64,000 nucleotides of DNA, taken from IMG/VR virus record IMGVR_UViG_3300017971_000207, positions 32,001 to 96,000 of that record; one strand, 5' to 3'. A program made the position numbers and the translations under genes. This DNA comes from a virus. Each line of letters starts with the position of its first letter. Positions within the stretch are counted from its first letter, which is position 1. This document shows, one piece after another, positions 8,006-17,415 of this stretch. Under the pieces are notes generated by a model. That model was not told where the DNA came from, searched no databases, and saw nothing but the letters and a program-made list of their open reading frames with translations.

Positions 8006-8717
8006 CGATACGGCGATCCACCTCCCTCAGCGGCTCGTCCAGCTCCTCCCACGGGACCAACCAATGCGACTTGGGGGTGGGCTGCTCCTTGGCCCACGCA
8101 ACCCACGTCTCTCGGACCAACCGACCCAGCTCCTCGCGGTCGCCCAAGCCCGAGATGATGTTCCGGGTAAGCAGCCCTCTGGATAGCAGCCTGATATCCT
8201 TCTCCGGTGGCGCTGTGTGGTCCCCGTTATCCCAGAAGACGATGACGTCCCCAGATAGAAAATGCTTCGTCAGATTCTCCCCCACCATCAAGGCTACCCC
8301 CCGCCGCCCGTCATGCCCAACAACCACCGCCTGCGACAGCTCCCCCGAAAGAAGCTCCTCCAGCTGCGCCCCGTTGACGAGACGCCCGGACTCCGCCCGC
8401 GCCTCACCCTGCAAGCGCTCCCGCGTCCGCTGGACAAGCTCCATAGCCTCCTGCGGGGATAGGTCCCCAACGTCCACGTACTGCACACACGGAGCAGCCC
8501 GTAAAGGCGCGTCTTCGCCCGAGGACGGCTCCTCCGCCGCTTTCTCCAGCTCAAAGCGGTGCCAGTCCCTAAGCCGGCACAAGGCCGCCAGAGGCGAATC
8601 TGCGTCTGGACGCTCCGGCCTCAGCTCCCCCAGATACCCCACATCGCCGACCCGCTCCACCTCCTCCAGCAAATCCAACGCCGCTCTTATGAAACCTCGC
8701 ACAACCTTGCTAGCCAT
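7968..8717 (-). CDS. Hypothetical protein with C-terminal RyR-like motif
   Basis: WLVPWEELDEPLREVDR resembles the RyR domain consensus. Confidence 0.6.
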   Translation of the reverse strand: MASKVVRGFIRAALDLLEEVERVGDVGYLGELRPERPDADSPLAALCRLRDWHRFELEKAAEEPSSGEDAPLRAAPCVQYVDVGDLSPQEAMELVQRTRERLQGEARAESGRLVNGAQLEELLSGELSQAVVVGHDGRRGVALMVGENLTKHFLSGDVIVFWDNGDHTAPPEKDIRLLSRGLLTRNIISGLGDREELGRLVRETWVAWAKEQPTPKSHWLVPWEELDEPLREVDRRIGEAVAARTLLGW

Positions 8718-8723
8718 AACACG

Positions 8724-8752
8724 ACGGTACTATATAGCTGGAGGATTGTCAA
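8724..8752 (-). promoter_or_regulatory. Sigma70-type promoter, probably leaderless
   Basis: TTGACA-17 nt-TACCGT-6 nt-ATG(8717). Confidence 0.7.
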
Positions 8753-8939
8753 GAACCTGGGTCGGGGAGAGAGGCACCAAACGAACGACCGCACATACCC
8801 GCTCGGGGACGACGGACACTGTCACTGACCGCACCAGGTAGCTAGTGCCCTTGTGCTCCACCGCCGTCCCTGTATGGGGGGGCTCCCGCGTGAATATTCG
8901 AGCGAGCCGCTCGCTGCCCAGATAGTAGCAGGTCTCCAC
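8730..8939 (-). CDS. Hypothetical protein
   Basis: GGAGGT SD before GTG; operon packing. Confidence 0.55.
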   Translation of the reverse strand: METCYYLGSERLARIFTREPPHTGTAVEHKGTSYLVRSVTVSVVPERVCAVVRLVPLSPTQVLDNPPAI

Positions 8940-8942
8940 AGC

Positions 8943-9164
8943 CTAACCTCCCGACGCGGGCTCAAGAGTGCCGGTCCACCCGTTCTTGGCGGTCCAGCGG
9001 AAGCCCGACTCCTCCCCATCCACCAGCACGACGCGCGCGAAGCTCGCCACCCCGTCCTCGCCCTCACGGAGGCGCACCTCCGACAACGACAAGCGGTCTC
9101 GGTGTATGTCCGCGACCACTGCCAGCTCGTCCAACGCCTTCTCCGTCGTCAAGCTTTTAACCAT
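8943..9164 (-). CDS. Hypothetical protein (MVKSLTTE...)
   Basis: GGAGGTGGAG before ATG 9164. Confidence 0.55.
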   Translation of the reverse strand: MVKSLTTEKALDELAVVADIHRDRLSLSEVRLREGEDGVASFARVVLVDGEESGFRWTAKNGWTGTLEPASGG

Positions 9165-9354
9165 CTCCACCTCCGTCCTCAGATGCACACAAAGGGCACC
9201 CTGGTGAGCCGCAGCACTCTCGCACCGCAAGACTCTCGGGGTCCTCCTCGTACCAGCTGTCACCACAATCCAAGCAGCGCCACTCAAAGCGCAGCGGGGC
9301 AACGTACTGCACGCCGCCGGTCTTCTCTCGACGCTTGTGCTCACAACTCACCAC
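9157..9354 (-). CDS. Small Cys-rich protein
   Basis: CLDC, CC, CPLC; overlaps the stop of the upstream gene. Confidence 0.5.
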   Translation of the reverse strand: MVSCEHKRREKTGGVQYVAPLRFEWRCLDCGDSWYEEDPESLAVRECCGSPGCPLCASEDGGGDG

Positions 9355-10262
9355 ACCACTCCAGCAAGGTCCCGAAGGCTCCCCTCCAGGTCCCGCTCAA
9401 ACTCGCCCCTAAGCTCAGCAGGAACATCCACCCAACCAGCTCGAACGTCGTCCACCCTCAACGAGAGCACCTCGTCCTCCTTCACGATCTTAGGGGGCTC
9501 TTCCCCAGACCCCCGTCGCACAAAGAAGCGCGCTGAGCCAAAGCGCTCCAGCTGAGAATCCCACAAGGCATAGTCCCGGACAAGCACAGCAGGATCATCT
9601 ACAACCTCGCGCAGACGCTGAGTCAGAAAGGCGCCCCCATCCCGCTTTGACGAGGTAAGAAACACCTTCCCGCGACCGGCCGCTCCAAAGCGCGACCTAA
9701 CACGGCGGCGCAGACCCAAGTAGACCTTTCTAAGATCCTTGGCCGTAAACTTCGAGGTGACGGGAGCCTCCACTAGCACTCCCAACAAGTTGCGCCCTAG
9801 ACTAGTCCCCGAGGACAGCGCGCCGGCCGTTACACAGATGTCCGAGGGGAATCGCAGCTCGCCTGGTCGCTCCTCGTGAGGAAACGTCTCACAGAAGTAG
9901 GGGCTGCTCCGGAGCATGCGCGCAACACCCCCGAGGATGACATCAGACGCAAACGCCGGGCTAACGCTAAGACACCCCAGCGAAACGACTGACCCCGACC
10001 CAAGCCCGAGAGACGCCTGCGGGTCTCGGAGGCGCGACAGCTCGTAGAGCATACGGCAAAGAGCCGCCGACGCGGCAAACGTCTTCCCCGAGCCCAGTCC
10101 CCCCGTGAATATCACCTCGTCGAACGGCCCGCGGAAAACCTCCTGGAGGTCCGACAGCCACTGAGGATACAAACCCACACCGCCTAAGTAACGCTCGTCC
10201 CTAAAGAACGTTTCAACGTCCACCAGCTCCTGCTTGTAGGTACCTTCGCTGTCAGCCCTCAC
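9348..10262 (-). CDS. Truncated paralog of the terminase ATPase domain, no intein and no nuclease domain
   Basis: Colinear with the TerL N-terminal half (EVIFTGGLGSGKTF, CRMLYELS.LRDP.ASLGL, VRDYALWDS, FERDLEGS.RD.AGV). Walker B position reads LVEA. Confidence 0.85.
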   Translation of the reverse strand: MRADSEGTYKQELVDVETFFRDERYLGGVGLYPQWLSDLQEVFRGPFDEVIFTGGLGSGKTFAASAALCRMLYELSRLRDPQASLGLGSGSVVSLGCLSVSPAFASDVILGGVARMLRSSPYFCETFPHEERPGELRFPSDICVTAGALSSGTSLGRNLLGVLVEAPVTSKFTAKDLRKVYLGLRRRVRSRFGAAGRGKVFLTSSKRDGGAFLTQRLREVVDDPAVLVRDYALWDSQLERFGSARFFVRRGSGEEPPKIVKEDEVLSLRVDDVRAGWVDVPAELRGEFERDLEGSLRDLAGVVW

Positions 10263-10666
10263 TCGACCTCCTCCTGAACCCCCTTAGCAAAGTTGGCATC
10301 GTCCACCACACACCCCAGAGTCGGATGGCCCCGCAAAGGCGCCGCGGCGCCTCCATCCTGGCGAGCATACTCAACCCGGAAAGCGCGATCACGCGCAGCC
10401 AGATGCCCCGCAAAGCCCTCGTGAGTCCGAGAGCGCACAACGTCCGAGGGTATCTTGTAGGGCGACGGCGTGGCCGGGACAGTGATTGTCCAACCGTCGG
10501 GGTCCAGCCGAGCCTCTACCCACTGCGGGTCCTGATAACCGGGCGGTACCAACTGCCCGGTGTCCAGAACAGCCTCGTCCCCGTTCTCAAAGCGACACCT
10601 AAGCTTGTCCGCCTCCACCGCCACCGCAGTCATCGTTAAAAAGCTGCAATCAAAGTTGTGGTTCAT
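10259..10666 (-). CDS. Hypothetical protein, possibly DUF2442-like
   Basis: AVAVEADKLRCRFENGDEAVL pattern; start uncertain. Confidence 0.45.
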   Translation of the reverse strand: MNHNFDCSFLTMTAVAVEADKLRCRFENGDEAVLDTGQLVPPGYQDPQWVEARLDPDGWTITVPATPSPYKIPSDVVRSRTHEGFAGHLAARDRAFRVEYARQDGGAAAPLRGHPTLGCVVDDANFAKGVQEEVE

Positions 10667-10715
10667 CCCAGATATCCCGCGTACAGCTGCTCCCTGCTCA
10701 ATACACAGCCAAGGG

Positions 10716-11042
10716 CTACGAGCACCACCCCCCAAAGAACTCCCCATCCAGCGTCATCATGATGCCCGTCCCTTCCTCATCCCCGTCCTTTAGAAGGTCT
10801 CTCATAGCCAAGATGCTGCCATCCTCATACCGGTAAAGGCGAACCGCAGAAAGCGTGAGGCGATGACGCAGCTCCGCAGGGAGACCCCAATCATCCGAGT
10901 GGTGCAACGCCCACCAAACCATATCCGAAAGATCCAGATTAGCGCGGGCCTTGATGCCCACACGCTCCAGCGCGTCCAACAGCTCCTCGCGAATCGCCTC
11001 GTCCAACCTGGTGTTACCCTTACCATCGTCCGTATAAAACAC
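10716..11042 (-). CDS. Hypothetical protein
   Basis: AAGGAG SD before GTG. Confidence 0.6.
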   Translation of the reverse strand: MFYTDDGKGNTRLDEAIREELLDALERVGIKARANLDLSDMVWWALHHSDDWGLPAELRHRLTLSAVRLYRYEDGSILAMRDLLKDGDEEGTGIMMTLDGEFFGGWCS

Positions 11043-11076
11043 TGTCGTCTCCTTCTAGAAGCTTAGTGAGGCGCCC

Positions 11077-14000
11077 TCAATGAGCTGCCCATGACCTGCC
11101 AGTATCTCCCTCAGCGACGCACGGAACTGATCGCATCATCGGCTGAATGCCCTCAATCATCGCCTGCTCCACCTCCAGCTTCACCTGCGCCACGAGCTCC
11201 TCGTCATCGTCACACTCGACCACGATCTCGTCGTGCACCATGTGAACCATCTTGGCCCGAGAGCCGAAGCGCTTCAGGCGGAAGTACACGTTGCGTAGGG
11301 AGCGCTTGAGGCCGTCGGCCCCCGAGCCTTGGATCGGGGTGTTCCCTGTTATGAACACATGCCCACTACGCCGAGCCACGAAGAAGGTATTAGGAACAAT
11401 TGGGCACCATATCCCGAAAACACCCTTGAGCTGCCTCACATGCTTCTTAAGCACCTGCGCCTTGTCGCGGTTGAGCACAGTAACCTGCCAGTGCTCCGTC
11501 CCCTTGGGAACATTCTTAAGCTTGGGCGACCTCGGCCTGTACTTCCGCATATCGCGCTTCTTGATGGAGCCCACGTAACCGCAAAGCGTGCAGAGAATCT
11601 GGAAAACTTCTGCTCCCTCTCGGGAACGGCTGACAAAGGCCGTCTTATCGCTACGCCACCCATCCCCACCGATCATGGTTTGGAGCAGTAGACGACACTG
11701 CCGAGCCGTAAGCAGATTAAGAAGGTCCATGGTCAAAACACGGCCGGGGCAGAGCTGCACCAAAACCTCATTCAGAGGGTGCCGAAAGTACCACATACGC
11801 CCCCCCGCTTCCCCATTCTCGCTCTTCGAGTACCTCATCCCCAATCTACCCAGAAGCGCCTCAATACAAGCCACCTTATAAGGGTTAGCCCGCACACTCT
11901 GATAGAGCTTCAAGGACACCCCACTAGGCTTAGGACCACGCTTTCCGGGACGGTCGTAGACCCTACGGGTCTTCTGAATACCGCCGTCCGTCAACCACCA
12001 ACCAGCAAGCTCCACAAAGTCGTCCGACAGGAGGCTACTCTCGGGCCCTTCGTACCGACCGGTGCGATGGATGCGATCGTCACCATGACGCGAGAGTGTT
12101 GATGTCCGTCGCTCCATGTCCTTTCGGGCGCCCTTGTTGTAGACAAGCCAACGATGGTCCGCTGTGGACACCGCATGAAACGACTTTGACTTGAACTCCG
12201 TAAGCTCCCTCTCCACAGGCTCAAACACCCTTAAGTCCGTAGGAGCCTGCCACTCTAAGGCACCTGTTTTTGGGTTCTTGGTCAGAATCTCGTCGCCCAG
12301 AGCAAGATCCGGCCCTCTGACCCACCCCCGGCGTGTGAGCGCCTCCGTTTCAAAGTCTAGGCAGTTGAAGTACTCATTGCGCGCCGTCTCGGGGTCGAGG
12401 TAGCGCCGACGGCCCCACAGGGTGCGGGCATAGGGGACACGCTTCGCATCACGCAGAGAGCGCTCCTGCCACGCGCGCACGCGCGGGTAGCCGTCAAAGT
12501 AACGCTTGATGAACTTGTTGGCCTGCGCCTCTGTGATCGTCACCCCGTAGTTAGCCTGGGAGTACACGACCAGCTTCGCAGCTCCTAGCCCGTAGATGAG
12601 CCCGAAGTTGACCGGCTTCGCCGCCTGGCGCTGCGCCTTGGTCACCTCATCGTAGGGAACTCCCGCGACGATGCTAGCCGTCCGACGGTGCGCATCCTCC
12701 CCCCGAAGGTAGATACCAATAAGCACAGGGTCCTGCGTCACCTCCGCAGCAAGACGGAGCTCTATCTGTGAGTTATGACTAACAAAGCCGTCGCTGATAT
12801 AGGTCACGGGACCAGGGACCGACAGGTCATAGACATCCTCCTCACCATCAAGCTCTATCGAGTCCACCGCATCGAAGAACGTCCCGTCCTCCACCGTCCG
12901 GCTCAACCCCAGCTCCCGATAAACCTCCGGGTGCTCCTCGCGCAGCTTCACAGCCACCAGAAAGCTGACAGACCGCCCCAGAGACGCCGTGTTGTTGAGC
13001 AATCTCCGTACCTCCCCCTCCAGCCTCAGCTCCCTAACACGCTCCTGCATATTAGGCACAGAGCCCACCGTCGGAGATACGGGACCACGCCCTATCAAGC
13101 CCGACAGCTTCCCCTGCTTGCGCCACGAGAAGAACCCCACAGTCTCCACAAACCTAGAGAGGAACAACCGGGGGACACGCAGCGACCAGCCCACATAACG
13201 ACGCCCCTCCCCATGCCGCTCCTTGCGCCGAGTAGACAACACCCCCAGAGCCAGGAGCAGCTGTTGGACCTCAACAATAAGACGCCTGCGGGAGGAGACC
13301 AGCTTCACGTGGTCCCCCCCAGCACTACCGTCCGCCTCAAAGAGGCCCCGCAAAAAGGCGCCCACCACACGCGGCGGAGAGGACCAAAGAAACCCAGGCA
13401 CAGCCCCCTTTGAAACGCCTAAAGCTACAAACCAGTCGCGAAGCTGCTTGCGATTGACGTGCGTCTCAATGACGCCACGATACTCCTTGACATGTAGATC
13501 ACGAAGCCCGAACAGCTCCTCACACAGCCCCAGCAGACGCTCATGGACCGCCGGGTCCTTAGCGTTTACCACCCACCGAAGATAGTTGGACCCTAGATTC
13601 CCGTCCCCCACAAAGTAACCAACAAAGAAAGCCAAGTCCTCAGAGACCTCCCCAGGAACACGAACCTCCTTGCTGTTGACGCCACCAGAAGGCTTAGGCG
13701 GCAGCACAACCTTCGACGAAGCCTCCGACAAACCCCGGCCGGATTGCACAGCCACGTAGTCCGACGGCCCTATCTCATGTAGACGCTTCCAAACATAGGC
13801 TCCCTCACGGTCAAGGACTCTAATACGGTGAAGAGACGTAGCACGCAGCTCGTAGCCAAGCTTCGTCCGAATCCGATAGACAGACTGGACCCCTTTAGAG
13901 ATACGGTCGCTCACTCGATGCTTCGTCCCGTCCTCCACCAAGACCTCAGCACCTACGGCAACATTCTCCACCGGCACCAAACCCTCCGATGTCGCCACGC

Positions 14001-15951
14001 GCGTCCCCCCCACGACGCAATAGTCGGTAACGATTAGTATTCGGCCATCGCCCGGTCTGAAGCAATCACGGTACTCAAAAGCGCGAGGAATCTGCTGCAG
14101 GTTTGGCGATCGGCTATTATGAGAGAAGACCCCACAAGCCTCATAGCTCTCATCTACGGCGACGGTAATGTCATAGACCTCACGACTTCCGCAAGCGTAG
14201 ACTTCCTCAATTGTAACGTCTTGCTGTCCTTCAGCTGCCTGTAGTGAATAGCCTTGTGGCCTGAGTGAGTCACCAGCGCGAGGTTGTGCAGATCGTTGTT
14301 CTTCGGATCCCCGTCTATGTGATGGACCGTCAAGTGCTCGGGAATCTCCCCCAAGCCCAACGCTTCGGCCATCACCACGCGATGAACGAATCGCCTCTTG
14401 CCATTGTGCAGGCAAGTCAGATACCCATAGCCGTCGTCGCACAACCCCTTCCAGTTGTGGTGTTGCTCCCCCTTCTTGCCCCACATAGGATTCTGCTCCC
14501 CCGTCTTTGATGCCGAGTAACGCAGAGCTGCTAACGCCTTGCGCTCGGCCTCCGGCATACACGATCGTACCACATGCGACACGTTGTGAAACGTAGTCCC
14601 CAGCCTCTCGGCAACCTCTGTAAGCTTCAACATCTCCGGGCTCCGGTACAGTTCCAGAACATCCCGACGATTCTTCGCGTCCCCTGTCCAAGTCTTTGAT
14701 ACACTCATCTACCATACTCCGAACAGACTTCCACTCACCAGTAGAGAGTAGCAATCTGTGGGAGCCCGTGCACTTCAAAACCTCCCCGTTACTAAAACGT
14801 ACCGAATATATCCTCTCGGGTTTAAGCCTCCAATGGTTGATGACGGGCTGCCAACGCTCCTTGTGGGTCCATACCTGGTCACCGACAGAGACATCCTCCA
14901 TCCGCTTCATACCCTCAGTGGTCCGGATAAGTGTCTCCCCCACTACGCAGCTGTATCGGCCAGCTCCAGTTAGCGGCCAGAAGTCCGTATGGATACGACC
15001 CGTCTTCGGATTGATGTTCTCCAGGTAGTCAGGACCGAAGGAGTCGACACGCTTCGATATCTTGCGGTACTCGATGAAGAGCGGGAAGACCTTATGCTTT
15101 GTCGCGATCATCGCAATGAGGTCTGACGCCGTGCTCGTCAGACCAAGATTAAGCGGCTTACCGTTCGGCTTGGTCAGCGAGTTAAAGCTCGCGAGCACCT
15201 GCTGCGGCGAGCGGTAGTTGAAGCCCGAGGGAATGCCCGGCAGGCTCAGCAGCCCCTTCGGATGCGGCAGCATCACATCCAGCTTATTGCGCAGCTCCTC
15301 TAGCTTACGCTTGTTGGCCTCCGCTACCTTGAGCCACATCTCGCTATCCAACCGAAAGCCGTTCAGCTCTATCTCCGCCTCGGCGAGAGGGGCCCCGAAC
15401 TCGATCAAGGCTATACGGTTGAGCCCTGCCTTGGCCAGCTTCGGCTTGAGCGCGTCCCGCAGCTCTAGGAGGTACGTCACATCCTCCGCCGCATAGTCTA
15501 GCTGCTCTTCCCCAAGCTCGGCCGCCGACCAGTCCGACCCTCCCATGTCCCCTGTCCCTGGCTCTACCTTGAGCTCTCGGGCATACAGGTCATAAAGGTT
15601 GTTCCCCAAAAAGCGGCCATTGTGGATAATCGCAGAGGCCCGAAAGGTATCGAACACAGGCCACAATTCAATACCGTGGTGAAAGAGTAGCCACTTCTGC
15701 TCAAACTTCGCGTTCTGGATCACCTTAATGGCGGAGCCCTTCAGCGCCTCCACCAACGGCCCCATAGTGCACGTCTTGAACAGGTCAATGACGTAGATAC
15801 CCTGCCCTGTGTTGAGCTGCAGCAGCCGTATCTTCCCGTCGCGCGGGTCCAAGGAGGTGGTCTCAATGTCGAGACCCACCACCTTGGCGTTGTCGACCTC
15901 GTTGGCTATGGCCCCTAACCGCTCCGCAGAGGTGACGTATTCATAGCTCAT
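11077..15951 (-). CDS. polA: Family A DNA polymerase (3'-5' exonuclease plus polymerase) with three inteins (about 589 aa after splicing)
   Basis: LDIETT, QNAKFE, YAAED, GRYS|SRSPNLQQIP, DY|SQIELR, AKPVNFGLIYG, N|TPIQGSGADG, MVHDEIV. Confidence 0.96.
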   Translation of the reverse strand: MSYEYVTSAERLGAIANEVDNAKVVGLDIETTSLDPRDGKIRLLQLNTGQGIYVIDLFKTCTMGPLVEALKGSAIKVIQNAKFEQKWLLFHHGIELWPVFDTFRASAIIHNGRFLGNNLYDLYARELKVEPGTGDMGGSDWSAAELGEEQLDYAAEDVTYLLELRDALKPKLAKAGLNRIALIEFGAPLAEAEIELNGFRLDSEMWLKVAEANKRKLEELRNKLDVMLPHPKGLLSLPGIPSGFNYRSPQQVLASFNSLTKPNGKPLNLGLTSTASDLIAMIATKHKVFPLFIEYRKISKRVDSFGPDYLENINPKTGRIHTDFWPLTGAGRYSCVVGETLIRTTEGMKRMEDVSVGDQVWTHKERWQPVINHWRLKPERIYSVRFSNGEVLKCTGSHRLLLSTGEWKSVRSMVDECIKDLDRGREESSGCSGTVPEPGDVEAYRGCREAGDYVSQRVACGTIVYAGGRAQGVSSSALLGIKDGGAESYVGQEGGATPQLEGVVRRRLWVSDLPAQWQEAIRSSRGDGRSVGLGGDSRALDGPSHRRGSEEQRSAQPRAGDSLRPQGYSLQAAEGQQDVTIEEVYACGSREVYDITVAVDESYEACGVFSHNSRSPNLQQIPRAFEYRDCFRPGDGRILIVTDYCVVGGTRVATSEGLVPVENVAVGAEVLVEDGTKHRVSDRISKGVQSVYRIRTKLGYELRATSLHRIRVLDREGAYVWKRLHEIGPSDYVAVQSGRGLSEASSKVVLPPKPSGGVNSKEVRVPGEVSEDLAFFVGYFVGDGNLGSNYLRWVVNAKDPAVHERLLGLCEELFGLRDLHVKEYRGVIETHVNRKQLRDWFVALGVSKGAVPGFLWSSPPRVVGAFLRGLFEADGSAGGDHVKLVSSRRRLIVEVQQLLLALGVLSTRRKERHGEGRRYVGWSLRVPRLFLSRFVETVGFFSWRKQGKLSGLIGRGPVSPTVGSVPNMQERVRELRLEGEVRRLLNNTASLGRSVSFLVAVKLREEHPEVYRELGLSRTVEDGTFFDAVDSIELDGEEDVYDLSVPGPVTYISDGFVSHNSQIELRLAAEVTQDPVLIGIYLRGEDAHRRTASIVAGVPYDEVTKAQRQAAKPVNFGLIYGLGAAKLVVYSQANYGVTITEAQANKFIKRYFDGYPRVRAWQERSLRDAKRVPYARTLWGRRRYLDPETARNEYFNCLDFETEALTRRGWVRGPDLALGDEILTKNPKTGALEWQAPTDLRVFEPVERELTEFKSKSFHAVSTADHRWLVYNKGARKDMERRTSTLSRHGDDRIHRTGRYEGPESSLLSDDFVELAGWWLTDGGIQKTRRVYDRPGKRGPKPSGVSLKLYQSVRANPYKVACIEALLGRLGMRYSKSENGEAGGRMWYFRHPLNEVLVQLCPGRVLTMDLLNLLTARQCRLLLQTMIGGDGWRSDKTAFVSRSREGAEVFQILCTLCGYVGSIKKRDMRKYRPRSPKLKNVPKGTEHWQVTVLNRDKAQVLKKHVRQLKGVFGIWCPIVPNTFFVARRSGHVFITGNTPIQGSGADGLKRSLRNVYFRLKRFGSRAKMVHMVHDEIVVECDDDEELVAQVKLEVEQAMIEGIQPMMRSVPCVAEGDTGRSWAAH
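11341..12363 (-). mobile_element. PolA intein 3 (341 aa), LAGLIDADG-type, ends GN
   Basis: FN|CLDFETEALT...LAGWWLTDGG...MIGGDG...FITGN|T. Confidence 0.92.
12772..14019 (-). mobile_element. PolA intein 2 (416 aa), LAGLIDADG
   Basis: DY|CVVGGTRV...FVGYFVGDG...FLRGLFEADG...VSHN|S. Confidence 0.94.
14116..14949 (-). mobile_element. PolA intein 1 (278 aa), no in-frame endonuclease
   Basis: YS|CVVGETLI...CTGSHRL...VYDITV...FSHN|S; low-complexity centre. Confidence 0.93.
14154..14708 (-). CDS. HNH endonuclease (N-terminal HTH-like region) nested in the +1 frame of PolA intein 1
   Basis: GGAG 8 nt before ATG 14708; VHRVVMAEALG...VHHIDGDPKNNDLHNLAL...H...H. Confidence 0.9.
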   Translation of the reverse strand: MSVSKTWTGDAKNRRDVLELYRSPEMLKLTEVAERLGTTFHNVSHVVRSCMPEAERKALAALRYSASKTGEQNPMWGKKGEQHHNWKGLCDDGYGYLTCLHNGKRRFVHRVVMAEALGLGEIPEHLTVHHIDGDPKNNDLHNLALVTHSGHKAIHYRQLKDSKTLQLRKSTLAEVVRSMTLPSP

Positions 15952-16877
15952 CCTACCGGCTCACTGCTGACGGCTTCTTTGCCCCCGTCCGTCGCCCGAT
16001 AGGTCCCCTTCCCTACCTTCTCGACCAGCGAGCCTCGCACCAGACGCCGCAGAGCGTTTCGCACCCAGCTGTTCGCCTGCCGGCTCGGAACACCCTCAAA
16101 CACCTCCGCCATCGCCTTCAGAGTCCGCGGATCGCCCCCGGACAAGGTGCCCAGCACGATCACCTCCTTGGGGTTGAGGTCCGCCGCCTCCAGCTGAAGC
16201 GGCTTACCGCTCTGCCCCGAGGCCGCCTTCTTACCGTTACCCTTTCGAGATGTCTTCTTTGCCTTCGCCTTGGCAGCCTTCGCCTTAGCCGCCTTCGCCT
16301 TGGCCTTTGCACGCAGACGCCCTCTAGGGCGTGCCTTCCCATTCCCCTTGGCACGTCGGCGCGGCCTAGGCTGCGGGGGCCCCTCTACCTCCTCCACCAC
16401 AGGCTGTGCACCATCCGCAACAGTGGCCGCAGCGGGCCCTGGTGCGGCTGCTGGCGCGGCAGGCGGCTCGGGCTCGGGTGCGGCCACCTTCGGCGCGGCT
16501 GCTGGCGCGGCAGGCGGCTCGGGCTCGGGTGCGGCCACCTTCGGCGCGGCTGCTGGCGTGGCAGGCGGCTCGGGCTCGGGTGCGGACACCTTCGGCTCAG
16601 CCGTAGGCGTTGGGGGGGGCACCTCCTTCTCGGGGAGTGCCGTTGCAGCCTCAACAAGCATCACCACATCAAAGGTCTGCGCATCAACCAGCTGGATGGT
16701 GGCCTTCTCCCCCTCCTTGACCACTCGACAAAGACGCCCCTCCTCGCGCCCAACCTCCTTAGCCTTAACCAGCTTTCTCGTCGTGGGGTGGAACTCCTGC
16801 ACCATCTTCACAGTGACCTCGCGGTAGAGTCCCTCACCACACTGTACCGCTACGCGGCGCGTGGTCTCTCGTTCCAT
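15948..16877 (-). CDS. Pro/Ala-repeat and Lys/Ala-rich (histone H1-like) protein with C-terminal winged helix
   Basis: GGAGGA SD before ATG 16877; KAKAAKAKAAKAKAKK; WVRNALRRLVRGSLVEKVGKGTY. Confidence 0.7.
   Translation of the reverse strand: MERETTRRVAVQCGEGLYREVTVKMVQEFHPTTRKLVKAKEVGREEGRLCRVVKEGEKATIQLVDAQTFDVVMLVEAATALPEKEVPPPTPTAEPKVSAPEPEPPATPAAAPKVAAPEPEPPAAPAAAPKVAAPEPEPPAAPAAAPGPAAATVADGAQPVVEEVEGPPQPRPRRRAKGNGKARPRGRLRAKAKAKAAKAKAAKAKAKKTSRKGNGKKAASGQSGKPLQLEAADLNPKEVIVLGTLSGGDPRTLKAMAEVFEGVPSRQANSWVRNALRRLVRGSLVEKVGKGTYRATDGGKEAVSSEPVG
16444..16596. repeat. Three in-frame 51-bp tandem repeats (PKVAAPEPEPPAAPAAA)
   Basis: Units start at 16444, 16495 and 16546 and are nearly identical. 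Confidence 0.9.
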
Positions 16878-16934
16878 AGATCCTCCTGTCGACTCGCCGT
16901 GGTTGTGCGGCAAGTCTACCCATTAGCACAGGAG

Positions 16935-16963
16935 ATCGTAACAGGCCGAGAGCTTATTGTCAA
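16935..16963 (-). promoter_or_regulatory. Sigma70-type promoter
   Basis: TTGACA-17 nt-TACGAT. Confidence 0.75.
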
Positions 16964-16970
16964 GGGGCGA

Positions 16971-17411
16971 TCACCGGCTAGCAGCAGCAATTATCTCTGC
17001 AGCCTCCTCACGCCAGCTCTGAGTGACGATGTCCAGGTTCATCGCGGTCTGCAAGGTGCCCGTGTCCGAATACGCCTCGCCTTGCACCTTGCTTATCTCA
17101 CCAGCCGCCATCTTCTGGCGCCAGATATTGATGGTGAGTGGCGAGAAGGTGAAAAATATTGGTGGTGTGGTGTCAGTCGGCCTCTCAGCGGACTCCACCA
17201 CAATCGTACCGTCGGGGCGCTCCTCCACGATATCCCCTACCACCGAGGAACCTCCCATCCCCGCGCCCGACAGATTCAGATACCTGTACCGGGCCTGACG
17301 GCCTCCAGGGTAGACGTCGAAGCCCTCCACCACACCCGCGACGACCTCCCCTTCGTAGGGCTCGATGCCCGTGTAGGAGAGCACATAAACCTTCTCCAGA
17401 TCAAATCCCAT
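16971..17411 (-). CDS. Hypothetical protein directly downstream of the giant gene
   Basis: Starts 4 nt after the giant ORF stop. Confidence 0.7.
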   Translation of the reverse strand: MGFDLEKVYVLSYTGIEPYEGEVVAGVVEGFDVYPGGRQARYRYLNLSGAGMGGSSVVGDIVEERPDGTIVVESAERPTDTTPPIFFTFSPLTINIWRQKMAAGEISKVQGEAYSDTGTLQTAMNLDIVTQSWREEAAEIIAAASR

Positions 17412-17415
17412 CGTC

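Noticed and set aside
7319-9536. Long plus-strand ORFs (7319..8158, 7984..8841, 8853..9536 and similar elsewhere)
   Set aside because: Antisense shadows of GC-rich minus-strand genes: Ser/Pro/Arg-rich, no SD, no motifs.
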